Notes under the pieces: generated by a model
Told to the model about the DNA's origin: nothing
What the model saw: only the letters and a program-made list of their open reading frames with translations
Database searches by the model: none
Program-made: the position numbers and the translations under genes
Shown here: one piece after another, positions 9,849 through 20,384 of the stretch
How the letters are laid out: every line of letters begins with the position of its first letter
How positions within the stretch are numbered: position 1 is the stretch's first letter
Assembly: GCA_014800685.1 (NCBI GenBank)
Contig: JAAVFQ010000015.1
Location: 15,767-79,766 of the forward strand
DNA: 64,000 nucleotides
Reading direction: 5' to 3'
From: Bacteroidales bacterium
GTDB lineage: Bacteria; Bacteroidota; Bacteroidia; Bacteroidales; Muribaculaceae

Positions 9849-10883
9849 ATGAGTAAAATACCATTCCTGCGTCGCAAAAACCGGATAGCCGAACCTTCAG
9901 ACAATCAAAGACCGGATAAGGATGCTTCGCCATCAGACAAGAAAAATGCAGGGGAAGCAGACACGCGATATATGCCCTCAGGCAATGATACCGAGCCGGA
10001 TATCTGGTACAACGTGGAAGGAGAGGTATCTGAAGAGGCTACGGCAGAGGGTGAAAGAATAGAGGTGGAAGCCGAGGCCTCTCCCCAAAAAGGGTGTCTT
10101 CGCACAGAAAACCTCGTAAAGAAATATGGTAAAAGGACAGTAGCAAATCATGTTTCAATAGAGGTGCATCAAGGAGAAATAGTGGGATTATTAGGTCCAA
10201 ATGGAGCCGGCAAGACCACAACTTTCTACATGACTACCGGACTTATAACTCCGAACTCAGGTAAGATCTTTCTGGATGACAAAAACATCACGGACTATCC
10301 CGTCTACAAAAGAGCCCAGCAGGGAATAGGCTATCTGGCTCAGGAGGCTTCCGTCTTTCGCAAATTAAGTGTGGAGGACAACATTCGGGCGATACTTGAA
10401 ATGACGGGCACCACCAAAGAGTATCAGAAGGAAAAACTTGAATCACTAATAGAAGATTTCGATCTTCAGGAGGTAAGACACAATCTTGGCGACCGACTCT
10501 CCGGAGGCGAAAGAAGACGAACTGAAATAGCGAGATGTCTTGCTATCAATCCGAAGTTTATAATGCTCGATGAGCCCTTTGCCGGTGTGGATCCCATTGC
10601 CGTAGAGGATATCCAGAAAGTGATTTATAAGCTGAAAGAGAAGAACATCGGCATCCTGATTACTGACCATAACGCTACTGAAACTCTGAATATTACTGAT
10701 AGAGCCTATTTGCTCTTCGAGGGTAAAATACTTTTTCAGGGCACGAGCGAGGAATTAGCTGAAAATCCGATAGTTAAAGAAAAATATCTTGGCAGTCAGT
10801 TTGTTTTCCGAAGAAAGAATTTCGAACAGCTTCTCAACACCTCAAGGAAAAGCCAAACTAAAGAGGTGGCTGGAAAAGATTAA
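9849..10883 (+). CDS. lptB: LPS export ABC transporter ATP-binding protein with N-terminal extension
   Basis: [53 protein letters not shown]. Confidence 0.93.
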   Translation: MSKIPFLRRKNRIAEPSDNQRPDKDASPSDKKNAGEADTRYMPSGNDTEPDIWYNVEGEVSEEATAEGERIEVEAEASPQKGCLRTENLVKKYGKRTVANHVSIEVHQGEIVGLLGPNGAGKTTTFYMTTGLITPNSGKIFLDDKNITDYPVYKRAQQGIGYLAQEASVFRKLSVEDNIRAILEMTGTTKEYQKEKLESLIEDFDLQEVRHNLGDRLSGGERRRTEIARCLAINPKFIMLDEPFAGVDPIAVEDIQKVIYKLKEKNIGILITDHNATETLNITDRAYLLFEGKILFQGTSEELAENPIVKEKYLGSQFVFRRKNFEQLLNTSRKSQTKEVAGKD

Positions 10884-11128
10884 TATACATAAGTAAGTAT
10901 TCAAATTTAACGGGTAATATAACTTTAGAGATTTCACGAGATAAGGAGTAAGAAGCTCAATTAATTGCCGGAGTGAGAGTCTCTCTTCATTTCTTATAGC
11001 GGCTCTTGCATATATGTTTCTTCACTCCTTGACTTCGATAAGAATTGTCTTTATTTGCAGGCAGAGAAGTAAGTTCGAAAAATTTCACTTACTTAAAAAA
11101 TACTCATTTACTTGAAACAGATTCCATA

Positions 11129-12016
11129 ATGGGATTAAAGCAACAATCCGACCGCATTGATATTACCGGCCTTCTAAGACAGCTACTTCTTGTGGGAGGA
11201 GCCTGTCTGGGTGGCTTTGCCCTTACTATTATAGCAGCTGCCATAACCGGAAGTATTTTAGGACCGTCAAGCCGGGCCACACTTCTGATAGTTTCAGCAA
11301 TTCAGGGAATACTATTATTCGCACTTCCGGCCTTCCTGGCCGGTTACCTGACAGACAAAAGTCATCCGCTGAGATTACTTGGAGCTAACCGAGGAGTTAC
11401 GTTAATATCAGCAAGTGCCGCAATATTCGCATTTCTTCTCGGTCTTCCTGCTTTAAATCTGATAATAGATTACAATGCCAACATAGTAGTGCCCTGGCCA
11501 GAACTTGAATCCTTGTTGAGGAAATGGGAAGAGTCGGCTGCCTCAGGCACGGAAATACTTCTCAATACCGAGAGCTGTGGAGGACTCATTTCGGGCATAT
11601 TGGTAATTGGTGTCATTACCGGTTTTTGTGAAGAGATTTTTTTCAGGGGCTGCCTGCAGCGGAGTCTGACTTATTTTAAAGTAAATCCACACATAGCAAT
11701 ATGGACAGCCGCCTTACTTTTCAGTGCAGCTCATTTTCAGTTTTACGGATTTCTGCCACGTCTGTTGTTGGGAGCCTTCTTCGGCTATCTGCTCTATTGG
11801 AGCCAATCTATATGGCTGCCGGTAATCTGCCATAGTCTTAACAACAGTCTTGTGGTGATTTTCACATGGTTGTCACGCAGAGGATTCTTGACAGTAGACG
11901 TAGAAAAATTCGGAGTAAGTGATAGTTTTCCATGGGTCGGACTTTTTTCAGCAATAGTCTGTCTGGTGATACTATATTATGGCCGTAACACAGTCTTCGT
12001 ACCGGAGAAGAAATAA
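11129..12016 (+). CDS. CPBP/Abi (CAAX-like) intramembrane metalloprotease
   Basis: EEIFFRG, FSAAH, HSLNN motifs; likely start ATG 11129. Confidence 0.9.
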   Translation: MGLKQQSDRIDITGLLRQLLLVGGACLGGFALTIIAAAITGSILGPSSRATLLIVSAIQGILLFALPAFLAGYLTDKSHPLRLLGANRGVTLISASAAIFAFLLGLPALNLIIDYNANIVVPWPELESLLRKWEESAASGTEILLNTESCGGLISGILVIGVITGFCEEIFFRGCLQRSLTYFKVNPHIAIWTAALLFSAAHFQFYGFLPRLLLGAFFGYLLYWSQSIWLPVICHSLNNSLVVIFTWLSRRGFLTVDVEKFGVSDSFPWVGLFSAIVCLVILYYGRNTVFVPEKK

Positions 12017-12038
12017 GTCTTAGAAATAAATTAAAAGT

Positions 12039-13076
12039 ATGTCAAAAGCCCCTACATTCCGAGAGATAGTCACTTCCATACGCAAGAAGAGTCTTTCCAA
12101 CGTCTATCTGCTGATGGGAGATGAGCCATACTATCTTGACAAAATAGTAGAAGCCCTGGAAGAGAATGTAATAGCTGAGGAATATCGTGATTTCAATTCT
12201 ACCACTTTTTACGGTGCTGAAGTAAAGCCTGACATAGTAATCGGAACTGCCCAGCAGCTCCCTATGATGAGCGAGCGTCAGCTGGTGATACTGAAAGAGG
12301 CTCAGGCTATGCAGAATGCAAAAAGTTCATTGGAGAAATTCGCTCCATATCTTGAGCATCCCAATCCTCAGACCATTTTAGCTATAGTCTACAAAGGGGA
12401 CAATCTCAACGCTACTTCCCGTCTTATGAAAGTGGCATCGAAGAGCGGTGCCATAGTTTTCAAATCTCCAAAGCTAAGGGAATATCAACTGGCTGCCCCT
12501 ATCAAAGAGTATTGCACGGAACGCAAGGTGACCATAGACGACCGCGCCATAGAAATGCTGGGAGAATATATCGGGACATCCCTGGAGGCACTTAGCGGTG
12601 CGATAGATAAAATCATTATTGCAAAGGGATCCTCTTCGTCACGCATACATCCGGAAGATGTGGCGGCTAATATAGGATTAAGCAAAGAGTATAATTCTTT
12701 TGAACTGGTATCGGCCATAGGTTCCAAGAATCATCTGAAGGCACAGATGGTGTTGAGATATTTCAGACAGAATCCTAAGCAGAATCCTATGGTGGTCGTT
12801 TCCTCGCAGCTGTTCAACTACTTCTCGAAGATAGTAATCGCCCATCTTACTAAGGACAAATCAGACACAGCACTAATGGCAGCCACCGGCACAACAAATG
12901 CCTACGCATTCAAACAGCTCCGCAAGAGCATGCAGCTATTTAATTTCCGTCAGGCTATGCAGGCTATCGGTGCTATCAGGGATTTTGATGCACGCAGTAA
13001 AGGAATCGGGTCAACAATGAATGAACAGGGACTGCTCAGCGAGCTCGTATTCACACTATTCACTTGCACAGGATGA
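12039..13076 (+). CDS. holA: DNA polymerase III delta subunit
   Basis: YLLMGDEPYY, AQQLPMMSERQLVILKEAQ, N-terminal clamp-loader delta pattern. Confidence 0.9.
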   Translation: MSKAPTFREIVTSIRKKSLSNVYLLMGDEPYYLDKIVEALEENVIAEEYRDFNSTTFYGAEVKPDIVIGTAQQLPMMSERQLVILKEAQAMQNAKSSLEKFAPYLEHPNPQTILAIVYKGDNLNATSRLMKVASKSGAIVFKSPKLREYQLAAPIKEYCTERKVTIDDRAIEMLGEYIGTSLEALSGAIDKIIIAKGSSSSRIHPEDVAANIGLSKEYNSFELVSAIGSKNHLKAQMVLRYFRQNPKQNPMVVVSSQLFNYFSKIVIAHLTKDKSDTALMAATGTTNAYAFKQLRKSMQLFNFRQAMQAIGAIRDFDARSKGIGSTMNEQGLLSELVFTLFTCTG

Positions 13077-13849
13077 TATTTTGGTTTTCAGGGACAGGAA
13101 ATTCCCGATATGTAGCAGAGAGATTGGCATCGGAGCTTCATGATATGTCGCTGGCAATTATGGCGACAGATGTCAGTTCTCTCAAGATGGAAGGAGAGAG
13201 TCTGGGATTCATATTTCCGGTATATTCCTGGGGAGTGCCTCCACAAGTAGTTGAGTTTATCGACAGATTGCCTGCTTCTTTTCTGACCGAAGCCGACAAG
13301 CGGGGAATATGGATGGTCTGCACCTGTGGGGATGAAACGGGAATGTGTCCGGAAATGCTTGAAAAGAAATTAAAGGATAGGGGAGTGTCACTGCGAGGCG
13401 TATGGTCAGTTATTATGCCGAATGACTATGTATTACTTCCGGGATTTGACGTGGACTCCAAGGCCGTTGAAAGAGAGAAACTCTCGGAAGCACCTGAAAG
13501 AATCCGGACGATTGCAAAGTCAATCTGCGATAAAGAGTGGCAACGCGATTTCACCCGAGGGTCATGGGCAAAGCTTAAAACTTCTCTGATATATCCATTA
13601 TTCAAAAGATGGGGCATCTCATACAAGAAATGGCGATCAGAAGCGAGATGTATAGGCTGCGGAAAATGCGCGCAAGTATGTCCGATGAAAAACATTGAGA
13701 TGAAGTCAAAGCGTCCGTTATGGGGGAATAATTGTGCGAGTTGCTGCGCATGCTTCCATATCTGCCCGGTAAATGCCGTGCAGTATGGGAAGGCGACAAT
13801 TAAGAAACATCAATATATGTTTCCCGGCAAAAGTGAAAATAAAACTTAA
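13073..13849 (+). CDS. Flavodoxin-fold/4Fe-4S ferredoxin fusion (EFR1 family)
   Basis: FSGTGNS flavodoxin motif; CIGCGKCAQVCP and CASCCACFHICP clusters; ATGA overlap with holA stop. Confidence 0.9.
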   Translation: MIFWFSGTGNSRYVAERLASELHDMSLAIMATDVSSLKMEGESLGFIFPVYSWGVPPQVVEFIDRLPASFLTEADKRGIWMVCTCGDETGMCPEMLEKKLKDRGVSLRGVWSVIMPNDYVLLPGFDVDSKAVEREKLSEAPERIRTIAKSICDKEWQRDFTRGSWAKLKTSLIYPLFKRWGISYKKWRSEARCIGCGKCAQVCPMKNIEMKSKRPLWGNNCASCCACFHICPVNAVQYGKATIKKHQYMFPGKSENKT

Positions 13850-14006
13850 AGTAAAAAGGGGCAGATGTCAGCACGGCAGATAAGTTTTAACATTTGTTAT
13901 GAATTGATATCTAAACTATTTAAAGCTAATCTTGTCTTACTTATGTAAGATCTCCATAAAAAAGAGAAATACAAAAAATAATTCACAGACGAAAAAAGCT
14001 GTAGCT

Positions 14007-15212
14007 ATGAAAAGAAAATTATTACTTATGTCAATCCTGCTTGCCGGAACGCTGTATTCATTCGGGCAGGACTATGACGATGATATATATTACAATCCTA
14101 AGAAGGATAAGACGGAAAAGAAATCATCCGATTATAATAGAAAGAAAAAGGGAAGCTCGTATATAGCTAATTTTGAGGACATGGACGTGGACACTTATAA
14201 TCGGCGCGGCCAGTATTATCTCTCACCTGTAGACACCATTGGAGCGGCTGCAGAGAATGGAGAAGATTTTGTCTATACGCAGCAGATCCAGAAATATTAT
14301 AATCCTACTATTGTCATAGACAATGCTGATATTCTGGCCGATGTCCTTGAAAACTCATACGGCAATGTCAACATCGAAGTAGACATGAATGGCATGCCTT
14401 ATTTCGGCCCATATTATAATAACTGGACTTACGCTTCACCCTATTATTCCGCATATTGGGGGCCTTCATGGTCATGGAACTGGGGCTTCGGCAACTGGGG
14501 CTGGAGCATCGGTTGGAGCAATCCCTGGTATTGGGATGCATGGGGCCCGGCATGGGGATGGGGACCCTCATACGGTTGGACTTGGGGATCCGGATGGTAT
14601 CCCGGTTGGAATTGGGGCTGGAACGGATATAATCAGCATTGGGTAGCTAATCACTACCGTCCTGGAGGAAACCGCAGAGTAGGAGCCGGCTCAAATTGGG
14701 CTTATAATACTCGCCCCGGCACAGTAATTAATGGCAATCACAATACTCGCCCCTACAGAGGCATCCAGACTTCTACCGGCGGATATAATGTCTCCGGAAA
14801 TCATCGTACCGGCGGAGTGGCCACTTATAACAGAAATAGCGGAAGCACCCATCGCAATAGCTCTACGCTTGGCACTTTCAATAACAGAAACATCGGCACC
14901 ATCGGCACAGGCAATAATCGTGGAGGCTATCGTCAGGGGACATCCGGCGGCAACTCAAGAACCGGCTCTACCGGCGGATTCAACAGAAATTCCAATTATA
15001 ATTCTACCCGAAACAGCGGAAATAACCGAACCACAAATTCCGGAAATTCAAGCTATCGGAGCACATATAATTCCGGCTCTAACTCCGGCAGAAGCAGCGG
15101 TGGCTATTACAATACCGGAGGCAACCACAGGTCCGGGGGCTCAGGCAGCTTTGGCGGTGGCAGCCGCGGCGGATTCGGAGGAGGAGGCGGTCGCTCCGGT
15201 GGTCACAGATAA
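14007..15212 (+). CDS. Secreted low-complexity protein (Trp/Gly-rich block, Asn/Gly/Arg/Ser-rich tail)
   Basis: Signal peptide MKRKLLLMSILLAGTLYSFG, YDDDIYY motif, WG-rich core, GR-rich C-terminus; likely start 14007. Confidence 0.8.
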   Translation: MKRKLLLMSILLAGTLYSFGQDYDDDIYYNPKKDKTEKKSSDYNRKKKGSSYIANFEDMDVDTYNRRGQYYLSPVDTIGAAAENGEDFVYTQQIQKYYNPTIVIDNADILADVLENSYGNVNIEVDMNGMPYFGPYYNNWTYASPYYSAYWGPSWSWNWGFGNWGWSIGWSNPWYWDAWGPAWGWGPSYGWTWGSGWYPGWNWGWNGYNQHWVANHYRPGGNRRVGAGSNWAYNTRPGTVINGNHNTRPYRGIQTSTGGYNVSGNHRTGGVATYNRNSGSTHRNSSTLGTFNNRNIGTIGTGNNRGGYRQGTSGGNSRTGSTGGFNRNSNYNSTRNSGNNRTTNSGNSSYRSTYNSGSNSGRSSGGYYNTGGNHRSGGSGSFGGGSRGGFGGGGGRSGGHR

Positions 15213-15225
15213 ATATTTGCACAGC

Positions 15226-15266
15226 GATTGCCTTGGGAATAATTCCTCCCGAGGCAATCTTTTTTT
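15226..15266 (+). terminator. Rho-independent terminator
   Basis: GATTGCCTTGGGA / TCCCGAGGCAATC followed by T7. Confidence 0.9.
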
Positions 15267-15580
15267 CGCTCGCGGACTCTATTTGGCTCAAATCCAAGCA
15301 TGCTCAAAAATCAGAACACCAAAAAAGTGATGCTTAGAATGAACAAAGCGGAGCAAAAGAAATTATAATATTATATCGGTAAGTTAGTTTAGAGAATTTA
15401 ATAATATATGTGAGATGAAAACTCGTGTACTATAAAACTTGTCATCTTGCTGATTTCTCAGTGGCACTCAGATAGATATACATAAATCTTCGTTCGGCTC
15501 TCTGAGAAATTAACAGTAAAACAACTTCGTTCTATATGTGCACTACACCTTCTCCCTTACATACAATATAGACTATATCT

Positions 15581-17191
15581 ATGAAAAGACTTTTACTTTA
15601 CAGCACACTGCTCGGTCTTCCGGGAATAGCCTTTGCACAAAGTGCATTTGAAGGTGCCACGATTGCACAGAATGATTTAAAGGGTACAGCAAGATTTATG
15701 TCGATGGGTGGCTCATTCGGCGCACTTGGCGCAGACCTAAGCACTCTATCTCAAAATCCCGGAGGTATCGGCGTCTACCGTAATTCCGAACTTGGCTTCA
15801 CCCTTGATCTGGATATGCAGAATGCAAACGCCAAAAGCATGGGAAGCAATATGAGTCAGGATCAGACAAAATTCCTTCTAAATAACATAGGAGGTGTGGC
15901 CACGTTCCGTCTGAATTCTTCCGCAGTGCCAAATATCAACATAGGTTTTACTTACAACAAGGCTGCCTCATTCAACCGCGCATTCAGAGGCTCTATCCCG
16001 ACGCTGCATAATTCGATGAGCAATTATATAGCCGGCGTGACCAATAACGACGGCGCGAGCGTGGATATGCTGCAGTCGAACAATATTTACGGGTCGGCCT
16101 ACACTGGAAATGCCCAATGGATTTCTATCCTGGGATATGACAGCTTTCTTATCACGCCCATAGGAAATGAGAATTCTCCGACATGGGTAGGCCAGTGGGA
16201 CGATGGCACATCAGGCTCCGGACAATTTGCTTCAGTAGAGAAAGGGAGCATTGACGAATATAACATTGCCTTCGGTGGTAATATTAATAATATCGTCTAT
16301 TGGGGTATGGATTTCGGTATTATTGATTTCAATTACACAGCGGAAACCCGCTGGGCCGAGTCTCTTGACAATGCGTGGGTAGCAAATCCGAATAACGAAA
16401 TAGTCAAAACAAAAGCCAACTGGAATCTCTATAACTACTATAACCTTCAGGGGTCGGGATTTAACTATAAGCTTGGCTTCATAGTTAAACCGATTCAGGA
16501 ACTTCGTCTGGGATTTGCATTCCACACTCCGACATGGTATTCGTTTGATCAGTACTACTACGCGGCAGTGAATTATGATTATAATAATGGGATTAATTCC
16601 GGTTATGCCGAGACCAACGATGGATATGACGGATACAGCTCATTTAATTTCCGCACGCCATGGCATCTGATTTTCTCCGCCGCCGGTGTGATAGGCAATA
16701 ATCTGATAGTATCAGCCAACTATGAATGGGAGCCTACTCATGCCATCCATTTCTCTGACACATATTCCTACGGCAATGAACTTCAGGATTCTTACTACTT
16801 GACGAATGAGGATGCAAAGAACTATTTCAAAAGCACCAATATCATAAGCCTCGGTGCGGAATATAGGATCACTCCACAATTCAGCGTACGCGCCGGATAT
16901 AGATACGTAACATCACCGACAAAGAGTGAAATCGCGGACAATCAGCTGGATGTTTATACAGCCGGGACCCGTCCTCAATATGTGCTTTCGGATGCTACCA
17001 ATTACGTGACTTGCGGTCTTGGCTATAAGTATAAGCATTTCTATGCTGATCTGGCTTACGTCTACAAGCATCGAAAAGGCTCCTTCCATGCCTATACTCC
17101 GGACCCCAGCACTCCCAACATACCATCACCACAAGCTGACGTCGCCTTTAATAATAATCAGCTTGTACTCTCAATGGGCTTCAAGTTTTAA
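15581..17191 (+). CDS. OmpP1/FadL-like outer-membrane beta-barrel transporter
   Basis: Signal peptide, GTARFMSMGGSFGALGAD and NPGGIG FadL-type N-terminal motifs, C-terminal Phe (GFKF). Confidence 0.85.
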   Translation: MKRLLLYSTLLGLPGIAFAQSAFEGATIAQNDLKGTARFMSMGGSFGALGADLSTLSQNPGGIGVYRNSELGFTLDLDMQNANAKSMGSNMSQDQTKFLLNNIGGVATFRLNSSAVPNINIGFTYNKAASFNRAFRGSIPTLHNSMSNYIAGVTNNDGASVDMLQSNNIYGSAYTGNAQWISILGYDSFLITPIGNENSPTWVGQWDDGTSGSGQFASVEKGSIDEYNIAFGGNINNIVYWGMDFGIIDFNYTAETRWAESLDNAWVANPNNEIVKTKANWNLYNYYNLQGSGFNYKLGFIVKPIQELRLGFAFHTPTWYSFDQYYYAAVNYDYNNGINSGYAETNDGYDGYSSFNFRTPWHLIFSAAGVIGNNLIVSANYEWEPTHAIHFSDTYSYGNELQDSYYLTNEDAKNYFKSTNIISLGAEYRITPQFSVRAGYRYVTSPTKSEIADNQLDVYTAGTRPQYVLSDATNYVTCGLGYKYKHFYADLAYVYKHRKGSFHAYTPDPSTPNIPSPQADVAFNNNQLVLSMGFKF

Positions 17192-17240
17192 GAGTAAATT
17201 TCTCTAAAACTTCAATCCATAAGAAGGTAAAAGAACAGAA

Positions 17241-18434
17241 CTACAGACGTTGTGCCAGCAGGCGCAGCGTCTTTTTCTTTTGAGTGCGGAAACAGAATAG
17301 GAAGTCGTCTTGACCACTCCTTACGTTAAGTCTTTTACGAACTTCATCAGCTGTCTCGGGAAAATTCCGGCACACTATATTAAGTGGCGTATGTTTGAGA
17401 TCTCTGATAGTCGCTTTGTCAGCGACAGCCCGGATGCTGAATGTGCGTCCGGGAAAGTCGGAATAGAGCTTATCACTAACGTATAGATGAGTATTTGGAG
17501 CTATTTTTGTGATTTCAGGAAATTTTAATGTGAGAGCCATCCACGGAGCCACTTTCATTATATTGGCATCCGGATCATACAGATATTTTGGAGTGTGACC
17601 GGCATCAAAAGAAGCAAAGCAGGATGGCTGCTTTCCTATGTCATTTACTGAAAACGACATAATAGACCTCTCGCCATTCTTTAGAAGAGCCACACACAGC
17701 AGCTCAGTGGCAGCATTTCTTCCGGGAAAGATTTCAAGAAGCAATTCTTTGCATTCACCACCTGCCGAAACTACGTGAACCCGACTGACATCTCTTATCT
17801 CCCTGAGAACTTGCTTGACGTCAAGCATAGGGGAGGCCTTTATAAGGATATGGTCTGATTTCTCCTGAAGAATGGGCAGGAGAGAGACTACGTCAGGCTC
17901 GCAGTCTCCAAAGGCATACGTGCGCTTATTGGAAGAGGAACGTCGAGCCGGGTCTATAAAAATAGCATCAAAGTGTGAGTCTGAAGCCGTAATCCATTCG
18001 GAGGAATCGGCATTAATCACTTTATAGTTGGCCAGACGCAGTAAAGATGAATTATGACGTAACACGTCGGCATACAAAGGGAAACGCTCTATGGCCGTCA
18101 TGGAAGCAACTTTGCGAGCTATTGTCATAGAGTCAATACCCAAGCCGGCCGTAAGATCAACTACCTGCTCAGAGGGACGGAAGAGGGATGCATGATATGA
18201 GGCAACAAGCTCGTTAGACGCCTGCTCAGCAGAGAGGGTAGAGGGGAAGATAAAATCAGGATTGGCTGTAAAGCTATCCAGCTTGCCGGAAGCCTTTCTA
18301 AGTGACTCAATCTGCGTTATAGCATCCACTCCACAGAAAATGGGAACAGCCTTATATTTAAGTCGCAAGGAGGCGGAATCCTCTTTCTTATGATCCTCTA
18401 CAAATGCTTGAAACTCTTCTGAGACGATGCACAT
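17241..18434 (-). CDS. Class I SAM-dependent methyltransferase with THUMP-like C-terminus
   Basis: DLTAGLGID, FIDPARR, KASPMLD; likely start 18434 because TAATTTTG promoter boxes lie at 18462-18477. Confidence 0.85.
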   Translation of the reverse strand: MCIVSEEFQAFVEDHKKEDSASLRLKYKAVPIFCGVDAITQIESLRKASGKLDSFTANPDFIFPSTLSAEQASNELVASYHASLFRPSEQVVDLTAGLGIDSMTIARKVASMTAIERFPLYADVLRHNSSLLRLANYKVINADSSEWITASDSHFDAIFIDPARRSSSNKRTYAFGDCEPDVVSLLPILQEKSDHILIKASPMLDVKQVLREIRDVSRVHVVSAGGECKELLLEIFPGRNAATELLCVALLKNGERSIMSFSVNDIGKQPSCFASFDAGHTPKYLYDPDANIMKVAPWMALTLKFPEITKIAPNTHLYVSDKLYSDFPGRTFSIRAVADKATIRDLKHTPLNIVCRNFPETADEVRKRLNVRSGQDDFLFCFRTQKKKTLRLLAQRL

Positions 18435-18532
18435 AAACTCTCGAATATTGTATTTGCGATGCAAAATTACAAAATTAGTCAGCAATATAAAAGACCAAAT
18501 ATCGTTAAAATCTATAACCTAAGTAAGAAACA

Positions 18533-19027
18533 ATGAAAGATTTTGCTGCTATAGACTTTGAAACAGCCAACGGATACAGGTCAAGCGTATGTAGTGTAGG
18601 GGTTGTAATCGTTAGAGATGGGAAAGTGGTGGATAAGTTTTACAAATTGATTCATCCGGTACCAAACTATTATAATCCGATGAATGTCAAGATACATCAC
18701 ATCACACGCGAAGATACAGACAGTGAAGACACATTTCCTGAAGTATGGGCGGAAGTGGTGCAGAAAATAGAGGGCTTACCACTGGTGGCTCATAATAGTC
18801 CGTTTGATGAAGGATGCCTGAAAGCTGCACATGAACGCTTCGGCATGGATTATCCGGGATACGAGTTTCATTGCACATGCCGCGCCTCCCGCCGAAAGCT
18901 CAGTGGCAAAGTGATTAACCACAGACTCAACACAGTGGCCAAGTATTGCGGCTATAACCTTGAGAACCATCATCACGCACTAGCAGATGCTGAAGCCTGC
19001 GCCGCTATAGCTCTTAAACTCCTATAA
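18533..19027 (+). CDS. DEDDh 3'-5' exonuclease (DnaQ-like)
   Basis: AIDFETAN, VAHNSPFD, HHHALADAEAC. Confidence 0.92.
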   Translation: MKDFAAIDFETANGYRSSVCSVGVVIVRDGKVVDKFYKLIHPVPNYYNPMNVKIHHITREDTDSEDTFPEVWAEVVQKIEGLPLVAHNSPFDEGCLKAAHERFGMDYPGYEFHCTCRASRRKLSGKVINHRLNTVAKYCGYNLENHHHALADAEACAAIALKLL

Positions 19028-19050
19028 ATGAAGCTGGAGGAATAAGAACG

Positions 19051-19082
19051 TTTGCAGGGGAAGATTTTTTTTAGTATATTTG
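19051..19082 (+). promoter_or_regulatory. Promoter for S1/P1 nuclease operon
   Basis: TTTG (19051-19054) - 20 nt - TATATTTG (19075-19082). Confidence 0.8.
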
Positions 19083-19107
19083 CAGTTAGAATTTAGTTAC
19101 CTCAAAT

Positions 19108-19896
19108 ATGAAAAGACTTGCTTTTTTATCTTCATCCCTGATATTCTGCGCATTCCTCGCGGGAGCATGGGGACAGAAAGGTCATGATACTACTGCACAC
19201 ATTGCTGAAAGACATCTCAATGCAGCTGCCCGAGACTCTGTAGCAGCGCTTCTTGATGGGAAATCGCTCGTGTATTGGGCCAACTGGCTTGACAATGCCT
19301 CCCACACTCCGGAGTATGCATATTCCAAAACGTGGCATTATAAGAATATCGACAAGGATATAGAATTTGACAAGGCTCCTCTCAATCCGGATGGAGACAT
19401 AGTCACGGCTCTGGAGAAGCAGATTTCAGTGCTTAAAGATAAAAATGCTCCACGGGCAACCCGTCAGCTTGGCCTGAAGATGGTGACTCATCTTCTTGGC
19501 GATCTCCATCAGCCACTTCATCTTGGCCACGCCTCAGACCTTGGAGGGAATCGAGTGGACGTAAAATATTTTACTCGAAAGACAAATCTTCATTCAGCAT
19601 GGGACAGTTCGCTTCCCGAGTCTGCTCATAAATGGTCATATACGGAGTGGGCTGACCAGATAGACAGACTGACAGAGGAAGAAATTGCAGAAATAGTGGC
19701 CGGAAGCGTAAAGGACTGGGCAAAGCAGACATACGAAATTTGTGGGACAGTATATGAGACCACACCGGCCAATTATACTATCTCGTATGATTATATAGCA
19801 AAATGGACTCCCACTATGGAGAAGCAATTTCTTAAAGGCGGCCTGCGTCTTGCATCTATTCTAAATGAAATATTTGCTCCGTCAGCTGAACAATAA
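19108..19896 (+). CDS. S1/P1 family zinc nuclease, secreted
   Basis: Signal peptide then mature W-G-Q-K-G-H; WLD, WHY, HLLGDLHQPLH, LHSAWD. Confidence 0.93.
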   Translation: MKRLAFLSSSLIFCAFLAGAWGQKGHDTTAHIAERHLNAAARDSVAALLDGKSLVYWANWLDNASHTPEYAYSKTWHYKNIDKDIEFDKAPLNPDGDIVTALEKQISVLKDKNAPRATRQLGLKMVTHLLGDLHQPLHLGHASDLGGNRVDVKYFTRKTNLHSAWDSSLPESAHKWSYTEWADQIDRLTEEEIAEIVAGSVKDWAKQTYEICGTVYETTPANYTISYDYIAKWTPTMEKQFLKGGLRLASILNEIFAPSAEQ

Positions 19897-20375
19897 TGGC
19901 CTCCAATCCTGTGCTAAATCTGCCTCCATACGATATGAAGCTCATCAGGGAGGAGGATGCCATAAAGGTATTTGACGTGCTTAGACAGAAATATGTTGCC
20001 CTCACGCCGGAAGAATACGTGAGGCAACATTTTGTCAATTATCTATGCAACCATCTCGGTTATCCATCTTCACTCGTAGCAAATGAAGTGAGCATAAATG
20101 TCAACGAGATGTCAAAAAGATGTGACACTGTCGTATTCCGAAATCCTGACCATCCCCTTATGATCGTGGAGTATAAGGCTCCCGGGGTAGCTATATCCCA
20201 GGCTACATTTGATCAGATAGTCAGATATAATATGGCATTAAAGGCTCGATATCTTGTAGTCTCCAATGGCCTGAATCATTACTGCTGCGTGGTAGACTAT
20301 GAGAATGACACCTATCATTTTATTCCGGAAATACCTGACTATCCTTCAGTTATTACGGGCAACAGAGATAACTGA
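19896..20375 (+). CDS. Stand-alone type I restriction enzyme HsdR N-terminal (PD-(D/E)XK-like) domain protein
   Basis: TPEEYVRQHF, KRCDTVVF, IVEYKAP, QIVRYN, SNGL. Confidence 0.88.
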   Translation: MASNPVLNLPPYDMKLIREEDAIKVFDVLRQKYVALTPEEYVRQHFVNYLCNHLGYPSSLVANEVSINVNEMSKRCDTVVFRNPDHPLMIVEYKAPGVAISQATFDQIVRYNMALKARYLVVSNGLNHYCCVVDYENDTYHFIPEIPDYPSVITGNRDN

Positions 20376-20384
20376 TATTTTATC

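Noticed and set aside
14368-15330. Alternative-frame ORFs (14389-14646, 14731-15330 and others) over the Gly-rich gene
   Set aside because: Low-complexity codon usage keeps other frames open; no independent coding signal
19896-20375. Possible type I restriction-modification system
   Set aside because: Only the isolated HsdR N-terminal domain is present, with no motor domain, hsdM or hsdS; this stand-alone family is common in Bacteroidetes
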